DNA from: Parcubacteria group bacterium
Lineage (GTDB): Bacteria > Patescibacteriota > Patescibacteriia > Buchananbacterales > UBA6539
Assembly (NCBI GenBank): GCA_002687175.1
Contig: NYZP01000034.1
Coordinates: 27,951 to 91,950, forward strand
Direction: 5' to 3'
Length of the DNA stretch: 64,000 nucleotides
The stretch's first letter is position 1; each line of letters starts with the position of its first letter. Below, piece after piece: positions 40,956-47,823 of this stretch. The translations under genes were made by a program, and so were the position numbers. Below the pieces are notes generated by a model. The model saw only the letters and a program-made list of their open reading frames with translations, searched no databases and was not told the origin of the DNA.

Positions 40956-41273
40956 ATGTCACCATACTTAAGTAAAAATTACCGCTTCAAGAAAAAGCCA
41001 CGACTGCAATCGCTTCGTGAAGCCGGGCTTTTTGTTGGCTTTTCTATGTTGGCGATAATGTTGACCTTGTTTGTCTTGGGATGGATTGCCTATGCCTTTG
41101 AAGCTCAAGCCGCTTCGGGAATTAACCAACAGCTAAACTACCAGGGTAAGATGACCGATTCGTCTGGGTTGACCGTATCAGATGCTTCATGGAACTTTAA
41201 GTTTGAACCAGAGGCCACCACCGAAGAGATTGTGGTTGAGGATGGAGACACTGTGCAAACAAGTTCACTATAA
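40956..41273 (+). pseudogene. Probable collapsed remnant of a large secreted protein
   Basis: Signal/TM then GINQQLNYQGKMTDSSG, a start resembling giant CPR surface proteins, joined directly to a short acidic tail. Confidence 0.5.
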
Positions 41274-41275
41274 CG

Positions 41276-41338
41276 TGTTATCCTGAACTTGTTTCAGTAT
41301 CTCATTCAACGAGATTCCGAAACAAGTTCGGAATGACA
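41276..41338. repeat. REPIN-like inverted doublet of GTCAT-type hairpins
   Basis: tgttatcctgaacttgtttcagtatctc-7nt-gagattccgaaacaagttcggaatgaca; arms 23/28 complementary. Confidence 0.75.
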
Positions 41339-41356
41339 ATAAAAAGGTTTAAACTC

Positions 41357-42967
41357 ATGTTTAAAATAAAAATCGCATTACTAACAGTACTGTCCGGAGT
41401 AGTTATGTGGCTGGCCCATAATTATTCTATTTTGTGGTTCGTCTCTTTGATTGGTTTAATTCCAATACTGTATATAGTCTACACCCAAAATTTAAAGCAT
41501 TATCAAAATTTTTTGGTTGGTTTTGTTGCCGGTACTATCATGCTGGCCGGTGTCATGCTGTGGCACTGGAATATGTTGCCGCTTGATTGGGCTGGCATTA
41601 ACAATTCAGCCAGCGAACTATTTTTAGTTTTTTATATCTGGATATTGTCGTCAACTACCGCTGGCCTCATTGGGCTTTGGACATTAGGCTTAGGATATTT
41701 AAAAAGAAATAATTGGTTTGACTTATTATTGGCTCCGGCGTTGTGGGTGGTGATTGAGTTTATTAGATCAATTGTTGTTTCAATTTTGTGGCATGGCGAG
41801 GGCTCGACAATTGGATCACACTGGAGCATATCTTTTGTTGGTTATGATCTAGCAGCAGCAAATTTTTTGTTACCATTTGGGGCCATCGGCGGCGTGTACA
41901 TTTTAAGTTTCATCGTTATTCTGTTTAACCTACTTTTATTTTTTTATTTCAGAGATTATTTAGAAAAACAGAATTTAACAATTCATTATAAATTAGCCGG
42001 GGTTGTTATTTTAGTTATTGTTATTTTTAACATTGGCAATTCAATTATTCGTCATCAGTCAGAGCCAGAAAAAATTGTTCCAGTGGCTGTGGTTAATACT
42101 TACTTAGAATCATTTTCGCGAATAACCAAAGATCAGTTTGGAGATATCACTGATAGCCATAAGGCTCTGCTTAGCACTATCAAAAAGGAGAATCGTTCTC
42201 CTAAAATAATAATTTTTCCTGAAGACTCAAGGTTCTTAGTTGGTTTAACAGTTGCCGAAGAACAAAATTTTTTAAAAGAAATATTTAATGATCAAGAAGT
42301 TTTAATTATTGATTCTGCAAGAATACCCAAAGAAGAAGGCAAACCAGTAGCTTTAACTTTTAATTTTTTAAACATCACGGAAGATCAAATCGTTTTTTCT
42401 GATAAACAATTTTTAATACCACATGGTGAATACATTCCTTATTTAAGCGCCGGTATTCTTAGATTAACCGGCAATGGCGAATGGGTAGATAATTTCAGTG
42501 CCTCCCGTGGATTTTCCAAAGGGAAAAATGTAAAATTAGTTGACTTTATGGATTTTAAAATTGGTGCCTTGGCCTGCTCCGAAGCAATGTCATTATCATT
42601 TAATCGTAAACTGGTTGATCAAGGAACTGGTTTTATTATAAACATAGCCTCACACTCATTATTTAACGGTTCAAAAATTTTGTATAATCAGATTTTAAAC
42701 ATGGGCAAGTTACGGGCTATTGAAAATAATCGATACTACGTTCATGCCGGAAATTTTGTTCCTTCGTTTGTTATTGATAATCAAGGCAGGTTAGTTCAAG
42801 AGTCTGATTGGGGAGAGGATTCATTAATTTATCAAGATATTGCGATTATTGAAAGTGATTCTTTCTACAACCGTTTTGGACGCTGGATCTTTTCTGGATT
42901 ATTCATACTAATTATCTTCATAGGTCTATTAGTTAGATTAAAGCCTAAATTTGGGAAATATATCTGA
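41357..42967 (+). CDS. lnt: Apolipoprotein N-acyltransferase
   Basis: Multi-TM N-terminus; nitrilase triad FPE, K..LIP.GEYIP and ACSE; RAIEN. Confidence 0.85.
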   Translation: MFKIKIALLTVLSGVVMWLAHNYSILWFVSLIGLIPILYIVYTQNLKHYQNFLVGFVAGTIMLAGVMLWHWNMLPLDWAGINNSASELFLVFYIWILSSTTAGLIGLWTLGLGYLKRNNWFDLLLAPALWVVIEFIRSIVVSILWHGEGSTIGSHWSISFVGYDLAAANFLLPFGAIGGVYILSFIVILFNLLLFFYFRDYLEKQNLTIHYKLAGVVILVIVIFNIGNSIIRHQSEPEKIVPVAVVNTYLESFSRITKDQFGDITDSHKALLSTIKKENRSPKIIIFPEDSRFLVGLTVAEEQNFLKEIFNDQEVLIIDSARIPKEEGKPVALTFNFLNITEDQIVFSDKQFLIPHGEYIPYLSAGILRLTGNGEWVDNFSASRGFSKGKNVKLVDFMDFKIGALACSEAMSLSFNRKLVDQGTGFIINIASHSLFNGSKILYNQILNMGKLRAIENNRYYVHAGNFVPSFVIDNQGRLVQESDWGEDSLIYQDIAIIESDSFYNRFGRWIFSGLFILIIFIGLLVRLKPKFGKYI

Positions 42968-43010
42968 ATCCTTGACTAATTTAATTAGATAGATTATCAT
43001 AATTAAAACT

Positions 43011-43109
43011 ATGACTTCCCAACGAATTAACATTTCGACTGCGCTCAGTGCAGGCATTATTATTAACATTATTATCCAGCCTTTAGGTGGAAGTCTTTCG
43101 ATGAAGTAA
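43011..43109 (+). CDS. Ile-rich attenuator leader peptide (32 aa)
   Basis: MTSQRINISTALSAGIIINIIIQPLGGSLSMK; promoter TTGACT-17-TATCAT at 42972-43000. Confidence 0.8.
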   Translation: MTSQRINISTALSAGIIINIIIQPLGGSLSMK

Positions 43110-43132
43110 ACACTAAGCAATACGATCTGACA

Positions 43133-43157
43133 GACCTTCCACCAGGAAGGTTTTTTT
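43133..43157 (+). terminator. Attenuator terminator (Ile)
   Basis: accttcc acca ggaaggt plus T-tract; competing antiterminator ggtggaagtct (43086-43096) pairs with agaccttccacc. Confidence 0.8.
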
Positions 43158-43260
43158 GATTGTTTTGCTTGGGCAGAACATATACTTAGGAGGAGGGCAC
43201 CTGCTCTTTGTCACAACTTAACCAGAAACTTTGGAAAATTTACAGAAGGAGAAACATAAC

Positions 43261-43890
43261 ATGAGTTCAGGTAGTCTTTTAATGAATGACGTTCCCGACG
43301 GGAGTGTAGCTACTCGTTTTCAAACTGAAGACTATATTAAGGCGATGATCGGTACCATTGATTTTGGTGACGTAACGATTGGACCGGAAATTGTAACAAA
43401 GGTTTTCCACCGTTGTCAGGAATTGGCAACTCAAGGAGTTACCTTTGACGAAGCTCAAGCTTCGTTTATACTACTGGTCTTGGAAGAATTTGGTTTAGAG
43501 TTAGCCCAGTTCAAATGCTTGTCCGGTCAGGTTACAGTATCTTTTGGCGAGGACAGAGAATCGATATGTGACGCAACCATAAAGGTTGATACCGGCGTCG
43601 ATGAGCCAAAGCATGTAGCTTATGAGGATGCTACACCAGTTAGAGCCTTAAACGGTGCTTTGCAGAAAGTTGTTGTTTCTTTAGCTGACGGGATTACCTT
43701 AGGCAATGTTGTTAAGGAACGTATTCCAACTTCTGATGGCGCTCCAGAGGTTTATCGGGCTACTATTACCTTGGAAAATTGTACTGATACGTGGACCTCT
43801 GTTGGCGTTGGACCGAACCTGATTGAGGCCTTTATTAAGGCCTTGCTCGATGGCTATCGCTATGCCGCTTATCGGCACAATTTGCCATAA
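43261..43890 (+). CDS. Stand-alone CimA-type (citramalate synthase) linker and C-terminal regulatory domain, no catalytic barrel
   Basis: ELATQGVTFDEAQASFILL, DATIKV, PVRALNGALQK and WTSVGVGPNLIEAFIKALLDGYRY resemble the CimA C-terminus; AAGGAG SD. Confidence 0.8.
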   Translation: MSSGSLLMNDVPDGSVATRFQTEDYIKAMIGTIDFGDVTIGPEIVTKVFHRCQELATQGVTFDEAQASFILLVLEEFGLELAQFKCLSGQVTVSFGEDRESICDATIKVDTGVDEPKHVAYEDATPVRALNGALQKVVVSLADGITLGNVVKERIPTSDGAPEVYRATITLENCTDTWTSVGVGPNLIEAFIKALLDGYRYAAYRHNLP

Positions 43891-43909
43891 TCCTGGTTAA
43901 AATGCTCAT

Positions 43910-43941
43910 AGCTGGTCACTTTTTAGTGATCAGCTTTTTTT
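43910..43941 (+). terminator. Intrinsic terminator
   Basis: agctggtcact/agtgatcagct plus T-tract. Confidence 0.75.
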
Positions 43942-43957
43942 GTGGAAAAGTAAGATT

Positions 43958-44010
43958 TTCCGCCAGAGGTAGCCTGTCCGTCCTCTGGCGGAGATGCGCC
44001 TATGGCGCAG
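43958..44010. repeat. Intergenic copy of the ccgccagagg/cctctggcgg palindromic element
   Basis: tccgccagagg-12nt-cctctggcgga followed by gatgcgcctatggcgcag. Confidence 0.7.
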
Positions 44011-44085
44011 ACATCCATAAATTAATATAAATTACTAATATAGATGTGGGGTTGACATCATCTGCCAGTCTGTTAACCTAACTAT

Positions 44086-44139
44086 ATGAGATTTATTGCT
44101 CGAACAAACCTACTGGGTTTACTGCTAGCCAACAGCTAG
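44086..44139 (+). CDS. Leu-rich attenuator leader peptide (17 aa, LeuL-like)
   Basis: MRFIARTNLLGLLLANS; codons CTA CTG ggt TTA CTG CTA; promoter TTGACA...TG-TAACCT places the start near the ATG. Confidence 0.8.
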   Translation: MRFIARTNLLGLLLANS

Positions 44140-44180
44140 GTGGTTTGAGTTGTAGATAAAAAATACAAGTAATCAATCAT

Positions 44181-44207
44181 CTAGTTCAAATCTGGGCTAG
44201 TTTTTTT
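44181..44207 (+). terminator. Attenuator terminator (Leu)
   Basis: ctagttca aatc tgggctag plus T7; ggtttgagttgtagat (44142-44157) can pair with atctagttcaaatc. Confidence 0.75.
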
Positions 44208-44255
44208 GTTGTTTGAAATTGAATTGATCTTTTAACAAAAAGAGGAGAATATATT

Positions 44256-44636
44256 ATGGCCAGTATGGAGTCTTGCTGGGAACTAGCTGATGTTAGATTA
44301 TCTACTGTTAGGTGTGGAGAACAAATGGTTTTTGTTAATCTAAGATTTGGTCAGGAAAATCATAATGATACCTCAAATGACAGCTGTCTTTTTTCAGCCG
44401 TGATTAAAGCTATTGCCAGAGCAACAGACATTGAACTATCTTTGATTCAATTTAATGTCCGGCAGGTAAATGATCACGAGGTAGAAGTTCACGCTACAAT
44501 TCGCAGCAATGGACAATTAACTATTGTTACTGGAATTGATAATGATATTATCTCAGCTTTTGCCAAGGTGGTGGTTGCGGCTGTTAACCGTTCTTTAGAG
44601 AAAAATAAGACGCCAGGATTTATACCTGGATGTTAA
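44256..44636 (+). CDS. Stand-alone LeuA-type allosteric (dimerisation) domain
   Basis: WEL..V...V.L..G......AV.KAI.R.T.IEL.L..F.V...NG....G.D.DII.A.AK..V.AVNR pattern; GAGGAG SD. Confidence 0.75.
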   Translation: MASMESCWELADVRLSTVRCGEQMVFVNLRFGQENHNDTSNDSCLFSAVIKAIARATDIELSLIQFNVRQVNDHEVEVHATIRSNGQLTIVTGIDNDIISAFAKVVVAAVNRSLEKNKTPGFIPGC

Positions 44637-44727
44637 ATAGAAGATATTTTTGACCGTGTTCGTATTTATTACAGCCCGGTCTTTTTTTACCCCCCACTTT
44701 TTTAATAAAAGTGTGGGGGTTTATTTG

Positions 44728-44753
44728 ACCACGTCGTTCGCGAACGACGTGGT
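44728..44753. repeat. Perfect 26-bp palindrome abutting a -35 box
   Basis: accacgtcgttcgcgaacgacgtggt; TTGACA at 44753 and TG-TAGAAT at 44775. Confidence 0.75.
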
Positions 44754-44788
44754 TGACAAATTTTTTATATTTGTTAGAATTTAATTTC

Positions 44789-44915
44789 AACGGCGGCCTG
44801 TTGTAGTCGAAAGCTAGTGAGAGAGGTCTCTCCTCCTGGGTTCTAAGAGATCTGATGCTTTCTGAGCGTCTTCTGGAATTACAGACGCTTACCGACAAGA
44901 CTCCAGGCCGCCGTT
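44789..44915 (+). ncRNA. Candidate structured ncRNA of unknown family (about 125 nt)
   Basis: Starts at the predicted TSS; 12-bp terminal helix aacggcggcctg/caggccgccgtt; internal hairpins. Confidence 0.5.
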
Positions 44916-44939
44916 CCTTATTTGTTCTTTATTTTTTTT

Positions 44940-45040
44940 GGACTCTATCCATTAGCTGGCTGGTCGTGAAAGGTGCCTCTGAAATTCTTCACAAGGGGTG
45001 AAGATTATTAAAGAGGTTCACGGAACCCAGGAAAGAGTCC
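44940..45040 (+). ncRNA. Candidate rod-like ncRNA (about 100 nt) directly before the tRNA
   Basis: Nested helices ggactct/agagtcc, ctgg/ccag, cgtgaa/ttcacg, cctct/agagg and tcttcac/gtgaaga. Confidence 0.45.
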
Positions 45041-45041
45041 T

Positions 45042-45111
45042 CGGCGTGTAGCTCAGGAAGAGCGCCTTGCTTGGGGCAAGGAGGTCGTAGGTGAAAATCC
45101 TGCCACGCCAA
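45042..45111 (+). tRNA. Atypical tRNA-Pro(UGG)
   Basis: Cloverleaf: gctc/gagc D-stem with 5-nt loop, ccttg/caagg around CT-TGG-GG, gtagg/cctgc T-stem with TGAAAAT loop, C1-A72 mismatch, no encoded CCA. Confidence 0.75.
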
Positions 45112-45122
45112 CTCAATCTTCC

Positions 45123-45155
45123 GGTCCTAGACAAATTAGTCTAGGACCTTTTTTT
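45123..45155 (+). terminator. Intrinsic terminator of the ncRNA/tRNA unit
   Basis: ggtcctagac/gtctaggacc plus T-tract. Confidence 0.8.
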
Positions 45156-45197
45156 ATTTGACATATTTTTTTCAATGATATAGTCTTTATATATAGT

Positions 45198-45272
45198 ATG
45201 AAAAAAGCAATTTCTGAAAATTTAGCCCATAAGTGGTTTTTCGTCACTTATTTTACTGACCGAACAGGTTAG
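45198..45272 (+). CDS. Aromatic-rich attenuator leader peptide (24 aa)
   Basis: MKKAISENLAHKWFFVTYFTDRTG; promoter TTGACA-17-TAGTCT at 45158-45186. Confidence 0.75.
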   Translation: MKKAISENLAHKWFFVTYFTDRTG

Positions 45273-45322
45273 CTGGCTTTATTTATAGTAATTGTTTAAA
45301 CAAAAACTTAAAAAATAAAGTC

Positions 45323-45349
45323 AACTGACCGACATAAGGCCAGTTTTTT
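45323..45349 (+). terminator. Attenuator terminator (aromatic)
   Basis: aactgacc gacataa ggccagtt plus T-tract; antiterminator 45267-45284 pairs 17/18 with 45313-45330. Confidence 0.75.
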
Positions 45350-45392
45350 GTTTTTTGGGAGTAGCATGGAACCTTATAACAGGGAGGAAAAA

Positions 45393-45866
45393 ATGGAAAC
45401 TCAAGCCGAAGGAGATATTGTGGGGTTCGAAGTCCAACTGGGTAGTGCTGTTTGTAGTGTTTTAACTACACTGCCAGATAAGAATATTACTGACCGGGAG
45501 TTGGTGATCAAGAAGGCCTTACTTTATGTCTCGGTTAATGGGTCACAAAGGGCCAAGGCCAATAAAACTATTCGTCAGTTAGTGGCGGCAACACCAGTTT
45601 GTTACGGCGTACTGCGCAAGAATACGTTTTGGCGAATAGTTTTGGACTATTTGACTGTTGAAGAAGCGGTTCAGGCATATTTGGTACGTTTCCCAAAAAC
45701 CTTGACTGATCGACAACGTCAAAGTATCATTGACTATTTGGTTGACGAAAGAAAGTTTTCATTCGAGTTAGTCAATCAGTGCATGGTTAAGTTTGGCCGC
45801 CGTCGACGAATTGGCTACAAACATAGCTGTACCCGTAAAAGTCATCATGGTTTTGTATCCAACTAG
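45393..45866 (+). CDS. Hypothetical protein under the aromatic attenuator
   Basis: GGGAGG SD before ATG 45393; no recognised motif. Confidence 0.65.
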   Translation: METQAEGDIVGFEVQLGSAVCSVLTTLPDKNITDRELVIKKALLYVSVNGSQRAKANKTIRQLVAATPVCYGVLRKNTFWRIVLDYLTVEEAVQAYLVRFPKTLTDRQRQSIIDYLVDERKFSFELVNQCMVKFGRRRRIGYKHSCTRKSHHGFVSN

Positions 45867-45879
45867 GAGGATAGTTTAT

Positions 45880-46074
45880 ATGAGTGGAACGTGTTTGGTG
45901 ATCAAAAAAGGTCAAGAGGATCTTATTGAGAGAGTGTTATCGGCTGCTTTTCCCGGCCTGGAATTTGAACCAGTTACTAACGATTCGAAGCATATGCTTC
46001 GGGTCAAAGGTGATTCCGACCAAGTCGGAGAAGTTCGTTCTTTGTTTAATGGAGTAGAGCAAGTTGCCTACTAG
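45880..46074 (+). CDS. Stand-alone DAHP synthase ferredoxin-like (Phe/Tyr-binding type) regulatory domain, 64 aa
   Basis: AGGAGG SD; LVIKKG.E..IERV.....GL......LRVKGDSDQV....LFNGVEQV resembles the type I-beta DAHPS N-terminal domain. Confidence 0.6.
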   Translation: MSGTCLVIKKGQEDLIERVLSAAFPGLEFEPVTNDSKHMLRVKGDSDQVGEVRSLFNGVEQVAY

Positions 46075-46082
46075 AAGCTTAT

Positions 46083-46114
46083 GTCCAGAGTGTTTAACAT
46101 TCTGGACTTTTTTT
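46083..46114 (+). terminator. Intrinsic terminator
   Basis: gtccagagtgt/acattctggac plus T-tract. Confidence 0.8.
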
Positions 46115-46153
46115 ATAATTGACATTGCTTTTTTTGGGTGATAAAATATAAAT

Positions 46154-46365
46154 GAACTTCACTTTCATGATTGGTAAAAGTTTTGGGACAACCTGTGATA
46201 GTAGGGATTCTATAGCGGATGCAACTGTGGTTGTTAACCTGCGAACCCAAAGGTCAAACGCAGCAAATCTTACGTTAAAGTGTATCATATACTTTAAAGG
46301 TAATATTTACTGACACGGCTGGCTTTCACTTAGCCAAAATCTTTGGCCAGTTATAAGTGGAGTTC
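46154..46365 (+). ncRNA. Candidate ncRNA of about 210 nt with paired ends (possibly 6S-like)
   Basis: TTGACA-17-TAAAAT promoter; about 30-bp interrupted terminal helix gaacttcactt.../...aagtggagttc; ctgtgg/gacacgg inner stem; terminator at about 46385-46417. Confidence 0.55.
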
Positions 46366-46422
46366 TATAATTGGGAATTCTACCAATAAAACCTGAATTT
46401 ACCAGGTTTATTTTTTTGCCTT

Positions 46423-47208
46423 ATGGATAAAGATTTAAAAAAACTTATCGAGATTTCTCAAAGCGGGGGAGCGGTTTTAAAAAAGTATTTTGGAAAAAAG
46501 CTTGATGTTATTAATGAAAAGTATAATGCCTCTGACTTGCAAACCACCGTCGATCTAGAATCCGAAAAAGTTATTATTGATCAGCTTAAAAAATATTTTC
46601 CTGATTATAATATTTTATCGGAAGAAGTTGGCAAGATTGACAACGGTTCTAAATTTACTTTTGTTATTGACCCACTTGACGGTACAAACAATTTTGTTTT
46701 GGGAATAGCTAATTTTACCTCGGTCATTGGTTTACTAGAAGGAGACAAAGGAATTATGGCGGCGGTTAATAGTCCAATGACTAATGAAACATTTTATGCG
46801 GCCAGTGGCAGGGGGGCGTTTTTAAATGGTAAAAAAATTAAGGTTAATACTGAATCAGACATGACGAGGTCAACAATCTCCCATGAAGTTGATTATCATC
46901 ACGACCAAACCAGAACGCTTAATATTAGGCACGAACTAGGTGCAAATATTAAGGTAAAGCGATTGTTAACTGACTGGTCTCCACAGTTTATGATATGTTT
47001 GTTGGCAGCTGGTCGGCTTGAAGGTATTATCAGAGAAGAAGGTGAGATTCATGATTATGTGGCTGGTAAAATAATTGCCCGTGAAGCTGGCGCTAAAATA
47101 ACAGATTATCAAGGTAAGCCGGATCAAAGTGATAAAACTGATAAATTTATTATGAGTAATGGTACCCAGGTTCATGACAGGCTGATTGAAGTAGTAAATA
47201 AAAAATAA
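46423..47208 (+). CDS. Inositol monophosphatase family protein
   Basis: ILSEE, IDPLDGTNNF and D.VAG.IIAREAG motifs. Confidence 0.9.
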   Translation: MDKDLKKLIEISQSGGAVLKKYFGKKLDVINEKYNASDLQTTVDLESEKVIIDQLKKYFPDYNILSEEVGKIDNGSKFTFVIDPLDGTNNFVLGIANFTSVIGLLEGDKGIMAAVNSPMTNETFYAASGRGAFLNGKKIKVNTESDMTRSTISHEVDYHHDQTRTLNIRHELGANIKVKRLLTDWSPQFMICLLAAGRLEGIIREEGEIHDYVAGKIIAREAGAKITDYQGKPDQSDKTDKFIMSNGTQVHDRLIEVVNKK

Positions 47209-47218
47209 TTCTAAATTT

Positions 47219-47818
47219 ATGTCCAAGTTTCCTTATCCTAAAAATGATGCCGCTACTGACGCACCATTAATCGACGTCATTAAAAAACGTTGGAGTCCTT
47301 TGGCCTTTTCTAATAAACCAATTGAGCCAGAGAAGATTCAAGCTTTACTTGAGGCTATGCGTTGGGCTCAGTCATCACGCAATGAACAACCGTGGCGGTT
47401 GATCTATGCTACCAAAGATGATGCTGAAGATTTTGAACGACTATCTTCTCTTTTAACCGAAGGTAATAGTTGGGCCAAGGATGCTTATTTTTTAGCATTA
47501 GGCTGTACAGTACCAAATCACGTTTATAAAAATAAACCAAACCGGATGGCCATGTACGACACTGGAGGAGCAATTAGTAATATTTTTCTTCAGGCGGTTG
47601 GTATGGATCTAGTGGCTCATGAAATGGGTGGTTACGATAAAGAAGCCGCCTACAAAGTTTTGGAAATTCCCCAGGACATTATTGTTACGGCAATGATAGC
47701 CATTGGTTATCCTGGTGATGAAAGTAAGATTGACCAAGACAAACAAAAAAAGCGTTTTGATCAACATCAAGAACGCAAGGATTTACCAGAAGTAGCTTTT
47801 AAAGGTAAGTGGCAATAA
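47219..47818 (+). CDS. Nitroreductase family protein
   Basis: KRWSPLAF, SSRNEQPWR and HEMGG motifs. Confidence 0.9.
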   Translation: MSKFPYPKNDAATDAPLIDVIKKRWSPLAFSNKPIEPEKIQALLEAMRWAQSSRNEQPWRLIYATKDDAEDFERLSSLLTEGNSWAKDAYFLALGCTVPNHVYKNKPNRMAMYDTGGAISNIFLQAVGMDLVAHEMGGYDKEAAYKVLEIPQDIIVTAMIAIGYPGDESKIDQDKQKKRFDQHQERKDLPEVAFKGKWQ

Positions 47819-47823
47819 AAAAT

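Noticed and set aside
40728-41338. Prophage or ICE suggested by the excisionase-like gene
   Set aside because: No integrase, phage structural or conjugation genes in the window
44620-44898. 92-aa minus-strand ORF, and likewise 46094-46288 and 42938-43120
   Set aside because: Antisense to promoter-driven structured RNAs or leader peptides; no protein-like features
44789-45040. SRP RNA, tmRNA, RNase P RNA or 5S rRNA identity
   Set aside because: No SRP helix-8 motif, tmRNA ends or RNase P GAGGAAAGUCC signature visible
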